This document shows, piece after piece, positions 48,980 through 57,292 of a stretch of DNA of 64,000 bases (the first letter of the stretch is position 1; the number at the start of each line of letters is the position of its first letter). The notes under the pieces are model-generated. The model ran no database searches and was not told the DNA's origin. It saw only the letters and a list, made by a program, of their open reading frames with translations. Made by a program: the position numbers and the translations under genes. Source of the stretch: an uncultured Erysipelotrichaceae bacterium (GTDB lineage: Bacteria; Bacillota_I; Bacilli_A; RF39; UBA660); assembly GCA_902793375.1 (NCBI GenBank), contig CADBDE010000004.1, positions 20,799 through 84,798 on the forward strand, in the 5' to 3' direction.

Positions 48980-49669
48980 TTATTCGTCTAACTTAATTCT
49001 ATTCTTTCTTCTTATTATACTTATTACTACTTTGTATAATATGAATCCTACTATTATTACTGTTATTGGTATTGTTATTATTTTATTATTTGTATAAAAA
49101 TCTATTATTTTTTCTATTATATTCTTTTTTGTTTCTTCTTTTTCTTCTGGTTCTTTTTCTACTAATGATGATTTATATTTATTTAACTCTTCTTCAAATA
49201 CTTCATCATTTGCTATTTCTCCTGCATACCATTTATTACACATATAGAATTCTTCATATTCTATACATTCATCTCTTTCACTATATCTATTATATTTTGG
49301 TAATGATATTTTCTTTGTATATAAATACTCTTCTACACAATCAGTTTCGTATCCGCCATATAATTTTACATCATATGTAGTCCCTCCTGTTACAATCGCT
49401 GGTATTTCTATTGTTCCTGTAGTTGTTTCATAAAAATCACCATTAAACATTACTAAAATATTAGGATCTACATTATTTACCGTTAATACATAATAGTAAT
49501 TATGATTACTATCAAATTTTAATTCATAACTTACTTCTGCTTTATATGCTATCATTTTTAAATTACTAAATTTTCTTGATGTACATAATGCATCAACTTT
49601 TATTGTTACTCCAAATACTAAAACTAATAATATAATCACAAGTAAAGATTTTTTTATTTTATTATTCAT
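48980..49669 (-). CDS. secreted protein with a C-terminal membrane anchor (229 aa)
   Basis: Signal peptide SLLVIILLVLVFGVTIKVDA, 4 cysteines, and a C-terminal helix IITIPITVIIVGFILYKVVISII followed by RRKNR. Confidence 0.4.
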   Translation of the reverse strand: MNNKIKKSLLVIILLVLVFGVTIKVDALCTSRKFSNLKMIAYKAEVSYELKFDSNHNYYYVLTVNNVDPNILVMFNGDFYETTTGTIEIPAIVTGGTTYDVKLYGGYETDCVEEYLYTKKISLPKYNRYSERDECIEYEEFYMCNKWYAGEIANDEVFEEELNKYKSSLVEKEPEEKEETKKNIIEKIIDFYTNNKIITIPITVIIVGFILYKVVISIIRRKNRIKLDE

Positions 49670-49797
49670 TTATTTACCTTCTTTCTTCTACCATCCTATT
49701 TTGTATCATAACTATGTTAATTGTACTATATTTAACAATAAAAGAAAAGAGTTTTAAATTATATTTGAATAAAATAAAATAATATGTTATTATTTCT

Positions 49798-50223
49798 TTG
49801 AGGTATTTTTATATGAAAAAAATTAAAAGTGTTTTATTATTAATATTACTTGTTTTTTTATGTTCATCTTGTGGATCAAATAATTTTAAAGATATAAGTT
49901 ATTCTGAATTAAATAAAAAGTTAGAAAATAAAGAAACATTTTTCTTTGTAGTAGTTAGAGATGGTTGTCAACACTGTGAAGCTTTTATTCCTAAAGTTGA
50001 AGAAGTCTTAAAAGAATATGATATTAAAGGTTATAAATTAAACTACTCTGATTTATCTGAAAAAGATGAAGAAGATTTTACAAACAAGTATGGTATTAGT
50101 AGTACTCCTACTACAGTATTTATAAAAGATGGTAATGAAACATCAATTTTACAAAGAATAGAAGGAAACGTTTCTAAAGAAAAATTAATAGATAAGCTAA
50201 AGAAAAATGATTATATTAAATAA
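49798..50223 (+). CDS. thioredoxin-fold lipoprotein (thiol-disulfide oxidoreductase, CxxC)
   Basis: Lipobox LLVFLCSSCG. It carries a CQHCEAF CxxC motif with a FFFVVVRDG...TPTTVF thioredoxin-like context. Confidence 0.6.
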   Translation: MRYFYMKKIKSVLLLILLVFLCSSCGSNNFKDISYSELNKKLENKETFFFVVVRDGCQHCEAFIPKVEEVLKEYDIKGYKLNYSDLSEKDEEDFTNKYGISSTPTTVFIKDGNETSILQRIEGNVSKEKLIDKLKKNDYIK

Positions 50224-50247
50224 AGATAGGATTTAAATATTCTATCT

Positions 50248-51168
50248 TTATTTTTTTATAAATAATTCATCTATATTCTTTTTAGGTAACATTATTTTTG
50301 TATCTGAATCTATTTTTATTTCAATTTCATTATCATCTAAATCAAACTTTTCTCCATCTAAACACCATGGAAGATTTTTTTCTTTATTAACTGCTATTTT
50401 TAAGTGATTTGTTTTATGAAAATAAAAGCCAGGAACATGAGTAATATCTGTTTTTCTTAATCTAATTAAAGATTTAATAATATCCTTCCTTTTCTTTATG
50501 TTACAAAAAAGTATTTCAAATCTATCATCATCTAATTTAATATCATCATATATTTTAACTCCTGCAATTCTAGTTGCATTAGTAATCACTAAAAATGAAT
50601 ATAACCCACTATATGACTCTCCATTTATTTCATAAGTAATATCATACATATTAGTAAATTTAAAAAATGATTTTACACCATTTAATACATATGCTAAATA
50701 ACCAAATCTTTTTTTGGACTTTCTTTTTGTTTCATAAGGAATATTCATAAATTTTCCAAATCCTGCAACATAAATAAATGGAATATTATTTATTGTACAA
50801 ATATCTATCTTTTTTACAACTCCATCCATTAATGAATTTATATTGTTGATTGGATCTTTACCATATCCAAACATTTTACCAACATCATTTGTTGTTCCCA
50901 TTGGAATATGTGCAAGAACCAATCTTTTTTTTCTCTGAAAGTTTCCTCTCATTGCTTCATTAAAAGTTCCATCCCCTCCAACAGAAATAACAAGATCTAT
51001 ATCGTCATTTAGTTCTTTAACTATATCTACTATATGTGCTTTATATTTTGATTCAATTAATTCAACATCATAGTTATGATCAATTAATATTTTTTTAAAT
51101 GATTCTATATAATTATATTTATTCTTTTTTCCACTATGATTGTTATATAATACAACACACTTCTTCAT
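50248..51168 (-). CDS. diacylglycerol-kinase-family lipid kinase (DagK/YegS-like)
   Basis: Contains LVISVGGDGTFNE (the GGDG motif) and a C-terminal domain of conserved length. Confidence 0.7.
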   Translation of the reverse strand: MKKCVVLYNNHSGKKNKYNYIESFKKILIDHNYDVELIESKYKAHIVDIVKELNDDIDLVISVGGDGTFNEAMRGNFQRKKRLVLAHIPMGTTNDVGKMFGYGKDPINNINSLMDGVVKKIDICTINNIPFIYVAGFGKFMNIPYETKRKSKKRFGYLAYVLNGVKSFFKFTNMYDITYEINGESYSGLYSFLVITNATRIAGVKIYDDIKLDDDRFEILFCNIKKRKDIIKSLIRLRKTDITHVPGFYFHKTNHLKIAVNKEKNLPWCLDGEKFDLDDNEIEIKIDSDTKIMLPKKNIDELFIKK

Positions 51169-51175
51169 ACTTCAC

Positions 51176-52486
51176 CTACATTTTTGCTGCTTTGAATATT
51201 TTACTCCACATCTTATCTGTTGAATAATTTAAGATTCCTATCTTATATATTTTTAACCCATATTTCGTTAATACTAATATTAATAATAATAAAGCAGACA
51301 CTGATATTAATATATCTATTACTCCTATTTGTCCAATTACTAATAATGCTGGTGATAATAAGCATGATATTAATGGAATGTAACTTAGTATTCTAATTAA
51401 TAAACTTCCATTAAACATTCCTGCCATTATTGATAAATAGTATCCTATAAAACATATTATCATAATTGGTGTTTGTATATGTTGATAATCTTCAGTATTA
51501 ACAGTCATACTTGCAAGTATTCCTGCAATTAATGAATAAGCAACAAATGATAAAATCATTAGAATAACAGTAACAGGTATTATATAGTATAGTTTATCAA
51601 GTATACCTGAATTTCCTAAAGATGATAAAGTATTACTTATCTCATTAGATATTTCAGAATTAATTCCTGTTCCTAGAATATTTCTAATTAAAAATCCAAT
51701 AGCTCCATAAGTAAATAATAATACAGCTTGAGTAATAATAAATAAATTATTTGAAACCATTTTTGAAAAGAAATGAACTTTAGCAGGAACATTAGATATA
51801 ATTACTTCCATACTTCTTGTTGTCTTTTCTTCATTTATTTCTCCTCCAATTAATTGAACGAGTAATATTATTAACATACAAAATGGAAGAATAACAGTAG
51901 GAAATACTATAGACATTACTGTATTCATATTTTCCTCTTCAGTGTTTTTTGTCTCATCAAGTATTATTCTTTCAATATTAACTGCTTGTGATATTTTATT
52001 TAATTCATTTATATCTATATTACTATTTCTTAATGCTATTTCACTTTTAGTATTATTAATAGCTTGTATCAATGTTTGATATGTAAATGGATCTATATAG
52101 TTTTCAGTAATAATACTTGCAGTAATATAATTATCTTCATCTTTATTTATTTCAACAATTATATCTGTTGTTCCTTTTAAATCATCTTCTATTTTTTCTT
52201 TATCCTCTCCAGTAGAATTATATAATTTTGTTTTACTCCCATTATCAAAAACTTTTTTTACATTTATATAATTGTTTTCAAAAACTTCATAGTTATTATT
52301 AGTGTTATCAAGTACATAAATACCAACTTCCCTATTAAAATCTCCTCCAAAAAAAGAAATAATTGTATCTATATTTAGAAGTCCAATAAGAAGAATAAAT
52401 AGTATTATATTTGATATAATAAATGCTTTAGATTTAAATTTTTTCTTTAGACCATATTTTGTTAAATACCAGAATTTGCTTGACAT
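51176..52486 (-). CDS. ABC-2-type transporter permease
   Basis: One N-terminal transmembrane helix, a large extracytoplasmic loop and ~5 C-terminal helices. It overlaps the upstream ABC ATPase by 25 nt. Confidence 0.6.
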   Translation of the reverse strand: MSSKFWYLTKYGLKKKFKSKAFIISNIILFILLIGLLNIDTIISFFGGDFNREVGIYVLDNTNNNYEVFENNYINVKKVFDNGSKTKLYNSTGEDKEKIEDDLKGTTDIIVEINKDEDNYITASIITENYIDPFTYQTLIQAINNTKSEIALRNSNIDINELNKISQAVNIERIILDETKNTEEENMNTVMSIVFPTVILPFCMLIILLVQLIGGEINEEKTTRSMEVIISNVPAKVHFFSKMVSNNLFIITQAVLLFTYGAIGFLIRNILGTGINSEISNEISNTLSSLGNSGILDKLYYIIPVTVILMILSFVAYSLIAGILASMTVNTEDYQHIQTPIMIICFIGYYLSIMAGMFNGSLLIRILSYIPLISCLLSPALLVIGQIGVIDILISVSALLLLILVLTKYGLKIYKIGILNYSTDKMWSKIFKAAKM

Positions 52487-53373
52487 TTTAATTCACCTAC
52501 TTTATCTATAAATATTTCATTAAGAGTTGCTTCTTCAACTACAAACTTAGATATACTCTTATTAGAAATCTTCTTAAAAACTTTATCTACAACATCATAG
52601 TCTTCTATTTTAACTACATATTCATCTTCTTTTTTATCTATTTCTAAAACGCCCTTAATCTTTTTAATATCATCAATACTTATATCACCTTTTATAAATA
52701 TATTATGTTTTCTATATTCTTTTTTAATATCTTTTATATATCCTTCTAGAATACTTTTTCCTTTTACTAGTATAACCATTTTTTCACAAAATTCTTCAAT
52801 ATGTTCCATTTGATGTGATGAAAAAATAATAGAACATCCTCTCTTTTGTAATTTCCTAATATATTTTTTAAATAATTCAACATTTATTGGATCAAGTCCA
52901 GTAAAAGGTTCATCTAAAATTAAAAGTATTGGATCATTAATAATTGAAGAAATAAATTGAATTTTTTGTTGATTTCCTTTAGATAATTCTTTTATTTTTC
53001 TATTTTTATAATCTAATATATCAAATTCTTTTAAAAGGTTATCTATTTTACTTAATACTTCTTTTTCTGTTAATCCTTTTAATACTCCATAATATATTAA
53101 TTGTTCTTTTACTGTTAATTTAGTAAGCAAACTTCTATCTTCTGTAACATACCCTATTTTATCAGTAATACTATAATCTATTTTTTTATCATTTAATGAT
53201 ACACTTCCAGAATCAGCATCTAATAATCCTAGAATAATTCTAAATGTTGTAGTTTTTCCTGCACCATTTTCTCCAAGAAGTCCAAAAATTTCCCCATCTT
53301 TTACTTCAAAAGAAAGATTATTTACTGCACAAATTTTCCCATAATATTTAACTATATTTTTTACTTGTAGCAT
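52462..53373 (-). CDS. ABC transporter ATP-binding protein
   Basis: Walker A GENGAGKTT, the signature LSKGNQQKIQ and Walker B LLILDEP. Confidence 0.85.
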   Translation of the reverse strand: MLQVKNIVKYYGKICAVNNLSFEVKDGEIFGLLGENGAGKTTTFRIILGLLDADSGSVSLNDKKIDYSITDKIGYVTEDRSLLTKLTVKEQLIYYGVLKGLTEKEVLSKIDNLLKEFDILDYKNRKIKELSKGNQQKIQFISSIINDPILLILDEPFTGLDPINVELFKKYIRKLQKRGCSIIFSSHQMEHIEEFCEKMVILVKGKSILEGYIKDIKKEYRKHNIFIKGDISIDDIKKIKGVLEIDKKEDEYVVKIEDYDVVDKVFKKISNKSISKFVVEEATLNEIFIDKVGELKCQANSGI

Positions 53374-53388
53374 TTTATCACCTCAATA

Positions 53389-54732
53389 TTATAAATTAAT
53401 TTCACAACTGATTGGATAATGATCACTCATAAATCCAAAATCATTAGAATCTGTATGAACTTCTGCATTTTTATATTTAAACTTTTTATCTAAAAAGATA
53501 TGATCAATTGCTCTCATATCAGGATCACTAGGAAATGTAGTTCCTAGATAATCTTTAAAAGGATCTAGATATTTTTCTGAATACTTTACTAAATTATTGT
53601 TATTTAAAGACATGTTAAAATCTCCCATAATTATAATATATTCTTCTTCTTTTTTATATTTTTTATTAATTGAATCAAATATTCCCAACATTCTTTTTTT
53701 ATTGTCACTACTACTATTATCTAAATGAGTATTAGAAATAAAATATTTAATATTTTCTTTTTGAATATGAGCAACTGTACATATTCTTGGAAAGTTATCA
53801 GATTTTGCTTTTCTTCCTAATCTATTTATTTTATCTGATAACGAAAATGTTTTATGCCAAGTAATTTTAATATCTTTTTTAATTAATAAACAATTATATT
53901 CATTAGTAAAAATAATACTATGTCTTTTTTTACCAATAATATCATATTTCTTTAAATTTCTTTTCAAATATCTTTTACCTTTTCTAGTTAATTCCTGAAC
54001 TCCTACAATATCAGGATCCTGACTTTGAATAAAATCTACAATTCTACTATATCTATTTTTCCATAATCCAAAAAATTCTTCTTTAATAATATGTCTTAAA
54101 TTAAAAGACATTACTTTTAATTCGGATTTTATTTCATCTATATCAGTTAATTCATTTTTACTATTAAATGTTAATTTAAATGAAGTACATGGTTTCCATT
54201 CACCATTAAAGAATACTTTATTATTATAAACATACTCTCCTAATTCATTTATTTTACACCATTTTAAAAGTAAAAATGTTATTGCAGTACTATGAGATAT
54301 AATAGCAACTTTTTTTCCTTTATGAGAATCTAAAACATCTTGTAAAGCGTGATACATCCTACTTCTTACTTCTTTTTGACTTTCTCCATATCCTATTTTA
54401 TAATTCTCATCACTAAGTTGTTTTTTTTCAAAATCTTTTGGTAGTTCACTAAAGTTATTTACACCATGTATTCTTTCACCAAACATAGAATTAATTTGAT
54501 ATATTTTATGTTTTTTTGAAAAGAATAAAGCCGTTTCAATAGCTCTTTTATAATCACTAGATATCAAAACATCAAAGTCTTGTAAATACTTATTTTTACT
54601 AAAATCTCTTGCAATGACTTTTCCTTCTTTTGTTAATTTTGTATTTTTATTACAATCTAGTAATGTATGCCTTCTCTTTAATTTAATTTCTTTTGAATTA
54701 GAATGTCTGATAAGATATATTGTTGTAGTCAT
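53389..54732 (-). CDS. fusion protein: histidine-phosphatase (PGAM-like) N-domain plus endonuclease/exonuclease/phosphatase (EEP) C-domain
   Basis: The N-terminus IYLIRHSNS (RHG-type motif) continues to ...SHSTAITF. The C-terminal half has EEP motifs: MSFNLRH, GDFNMS and SDHYPISCEINL. Confidence 0.55.
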   Translation of the reverse strand: MTTTIYLIRHSNSKEIKLKRRHTLLDCNKNTKLTKEGKVIARDFSKNKYLQDFDVLISSDYKRAIETALFFSKKHKIYQINSMFGERIHGVNNFSELPKDFEKKQLSDENYKIGYGESQKEVRSRMYHALQDVLDSHKGKKVAIISHSTAITFLLLKWCKINELGEYVYNNKVFFNGEWKPCTSFKLTFNSKNELTDIDEIKSELKVMSFNLRHIIKEEFFGLWKNRYSRIVDFIQSQDPDIVGVQELTRKGKRYLKRNLKKYDIIGKKRHSIIFTNEYNCLLIKKDIKITWHKTFSLSDKINRLGRKAKSDNFPRICTVAHIQKENIKYFISNTHLDNSSSDNKKRMLGIFDSINKKYKKEEEYIIIMGDFNMSLNNNNLVKYSEKYLDPFKDYLGTTFPSDPDMRAIDHIFLDKKFKYKNAEVHTDSNDFGFMSDHYPISCEINL

Positions 54733-54867
54733 AATATCACCATAATAATTATATCACGTATAATGATTTTTATTTAATATTATTTACAGTTAACTATTTT
54801 TTTAATATTTTATTGTTTATTAATATAGTATTTTGAATTATAATGTTTTTATAGTAGGAGTTTTAAT

Positions 54868-56010
54868 ATGAACGATAATAATGGAAATAATTTTAATATA
54901 AACAATCCATTTCTAGCAATGGGAAATAATTCAAATAATAATGCTAATATGAATGCACCGGTAAATTATAATAATACAAATAATAATTATCCAGTAAATA
55001 ATGTTTTACCTTCTAATGGTTCAAATCAAAATAGTCTGCAAATAAATGATTATAATAGTTTAGATAAAGCATTACAAATTAATCAATTTAGTAAACCAGT
55101 TGATTCTCCATCACCAGAACAACTTGATTCTATTTTAGGAGTTGGGAATTCAGTTAATACTTCAAACAATAATCCTGTTCAAAATAATACGATTGAGCAA
55201 AATCAAAATATCAATAGTGAAAACAATAGTAATCCCATGAATAATATGACTAATAATGAAGTTAATAGTATCCCAACAAATACCATGATGAATAATGAAA
55301 CTCCTGAAGATAAGAATTTAGATAATATTTTAGGTCTAAATGGAATAAATATAGATACTGTTGAGAATCAAAATAATGAGAACAATACTATTAATTATAT
55401 AAATGATCAAAGTACAATAAATAATTCAAATAGTAATTTAGGCGTTGCATTAATAATACTTAATATATTATCTTTTATTGCGCTTTGGGTAAATTCTTTA
55501 CTTGGAATAATTGGAGTTGGAATTTCAACAATATGCTTTGTTGTTTCAATAATAAATATAAAGAAAAAAGTTAAATATACTAAAATATCTGCTGTTCTTT
55601 CTTTAATAGTAATAGCTACATTTATTTTTATGATTACAGTATCAACAAAAACGGTTAATGACTATTTATCTAACACAAAAATTGCAGCATTTAAGGATGA
55701 TGCTCAAAATTATATTGATGCAGCTAGGAAACATGTTAATAATAATGGACTTAATTGTAGTGAAGGAAAAGAAAAAGATTTACCATTAGAACTATTATTA
55801 AATGAAAGTGCTTATTTAAGGGATACTAGTATATTTAATAATAAATTTGATTTAAAGAATTCATTTGTAAGAGCCACCGCAACTGATGAAACATGTTTAA
55901 AATTCGATTATTCAATATATATTACTGATGGAGAATATTCAATTGGAAAATCAAATGAACCAGTTTCATCAGAAGTATTTCAGAATAATAATTATGAAAT
56001 AAAAAAATAA
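54868..56010 (+). CDS. N/Q-rich low-complexity membrane protein
   Basis: About 190 aa of N/Q/S-rich sequence, then two transmembrane helices (LGVALIILNILSFIALWV... and ISTICFVVSIINI...LSLIVIATFIFMITV), then a ~130-aa C-terminal domain. Confidence 0.4.
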   Translation: MNDNNGNNFNINNPFLAMGNNSNNNANMNAPVNYNNTNNNYPVNNVLPSNGSNQNSLQINDYNSLDKALQINQFSKPVDSPSPEQLDSILGVGNSVNTSNNNPVQNNTIEQNQNINSENNSNPMNNMTNNEVNSIPTNTMMNNETPEDKNLDNILGLNGINIDTVENQNNENNTINYINDQSTINNSNSNLGVALIILNILSFIALWVNSLLGIIGVGISTICFVVSIINIKKKVKYTKISAVLSLIVIATFIFMITVSTKTVNDYLSNTKIAAFKDDAQNYIDAARKHVNNNGLNCSEGKEKDLPLELLLNESAYLRDTSIFNNKFDLKNSFVRATATDETCLKFDYSIYITDGEYSIGKSNEPVSSEVFQNNNYEIKK

Positions 56011-56012
56011 AC

Positions 56013-56040
56013 GATTAATAATCGTTTTTTTATAAAAAAA
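56013..56040 (+). terminator. Rho-independent terminator
   Basis: An 8-bp stem aaacgatt/aatcgttt followed by a T7 run, directly after the stop codon. Confidence 0.5.
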
Positions 56041-56070
56041 AGAACTATACAATAGTTCTTTATTACTATA

Positions 56071-56146
56071 TGGTGGAGCATAGCGGGATCGAACCGCTGA
56101 CCTCCACGGTGCAAACGTGGCGCTCTCCCAGCTGAGCTAATGCCCC
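56071..56146 (-). tRNA. tRNA-Ala (TGC)
   Basis: The minus strand reads GGGGCATTAGCTCAGCTGGGAGAGCGCCACGTTTGCACCGTGGAGGTCAGCGGTTCGATCCCGCTATGCTCCACCA. The anticodon loop is TTTGCAC and the identity pair G3:U70 is present. Confidence 0.85.
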
Positions 56147-56209
56147 AAATAAGCAACAAATAAATATTAACATAAAATACATTTAAATGTCAACATTTTT
56201 TGATACTTT

Positions 56210-56737
56210 TTAACCTTCATTATTATCAATTCCATTTATTATAAAATCTTTATCTTTATGTGGTTCTTCAAATAAAAGGTCTCGATAGTTTTGTTGCCTT
56301 AAAACCTCATATAAAACAATAGCACAACAATTACTTAAATTAAGTGCTCTTACATTAGAAGTCATTGGTATTCTCATGCACCTATCTAAATGATCTTTTA
56401 ATAATTCTCTCGGAATGCCAGTTGACTCTTTTCCAAAAATTAAATATATTTCTTTTTCCTGATCACTATAATCAAAACTTGTATGAGGTTTATGACCATA
56501 TCTTGTAAAATAATAATACTCTCCTGGGTTTTTGCTAGCAAAATCATTGAAATTTTCATAAACATAATACTCAAGTTTATCTATATAATTAACACCACTC
56601 CTTTTTAAATGAGCATCATCTAATTTAAATCCTAATGGTTTTATTAAATGAAGTCTTGTACCCGTAGCAACACATGTCCTCATTATATTACCGGTATTTT
56701 GTGGTATTTCTGGTTCAAATAATACAATATTAAGCAT
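56210..56737 (-). CDS. trmL: tRNA (cytidine/uridine-2'-O)-methyltransferase TrmL (SpoU family)
   Basis: LNIVLFEPEIPQNTGNIMRTCVATGTRLHLIKPLGF...LIFGKESTGIP...ALNLSNCCAIVLYE is the TrmL/YibK signature. The start is taken at MLNIV; the track's longer start is at 56767. Confidence 0.7.
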   Translation of the reverse strand: MLNIVLFEPEIPQNTGNIMRTCVATGTRLHLIKPLGFKLDDAHLKRSGVNYIDKLEYYVYENFNDFASKNPGEYYYFTRYGHKPHTSFDYSDQEKEIYLIFGKESTGIPRELLKDHLDRCMRIPMTSNVRALNLSNCCAIVLYEVLRQQNYRDLLFEEPHKDKDFIINGIDNNEG

Positions 56738-57272
56738 TTTTTTCACCTTTAATTTCATTATTATCAATAAACATAGATACTTCTTCTATTTCTAAATATC
56801 TATCATCTCTTTGTATAACATCAATTATTTCTTTATTTTTTATATAAACAAATGCTGGATAATTATCAATTTTTTTACCAGTTGAATATTTATTATTAAA
56901 TGATTTAAAATAATCATTTTTATTTTTTAAATTAGTAATATTAACATAAACAAAGTCAATTTTTTCTTCATCAATCATTTTTATGATTTCTTTTTCTATT
57001 TTTTCTGAGTTTTCATCCTTAACTGATCCAAAATACAATAATACTACTTCATTTTCATCAATATAATTATCTACATCATCTATATTTATTTCTGACACTT
57101 TATTTCTAAGTAAAGGTAAATCATTTTCATATTTTTTATGATTATTATAAATAATAAATGTTATAGTACATAATACTATAGTAATTATTATAATAATTCC
57201 ATATTTAATATAATTTTTAAATGGAACATCTCTTAGTACCATATTATTCACATCCTTAATAGAATTATACAA
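56730..57272 (-). CDS. membrane-anchored hypothetical protein (180 aa), thioredoxin-like fold possible but no CxxC
   Basis: One transmembrane helix (YGIIIIITIVLCTITFIIY) and a soluble domain containing VVLLYFGSVKDE. Confidence 0.35.
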   Translation of the reverse strand: MYNSIKDVNNMVLRDVPFKNYIKYGIIIIITIVLCTITFIIYNNHKKYENDLPLLRNKVSEINIDDVDNYIDENEVVLLYFGSVKDENSEKIEKEIIKMIDEEKIDFVYVNITNLKNKNDYFKSFNNKYSTGKKIDNYPAFVYIKNKEIIDVIQRDDRYLEIEEVSMFIDNNEIKGEKNA

Positions 57273-57292
57273 TAGAAAAGAGAAAAAGAAAA

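Noticed and set aside
49066-49380. Plus-strand ORF within the 229-aa minus-strand gene
   Set aside because: Antisense low-complexity artefact of the same kind.
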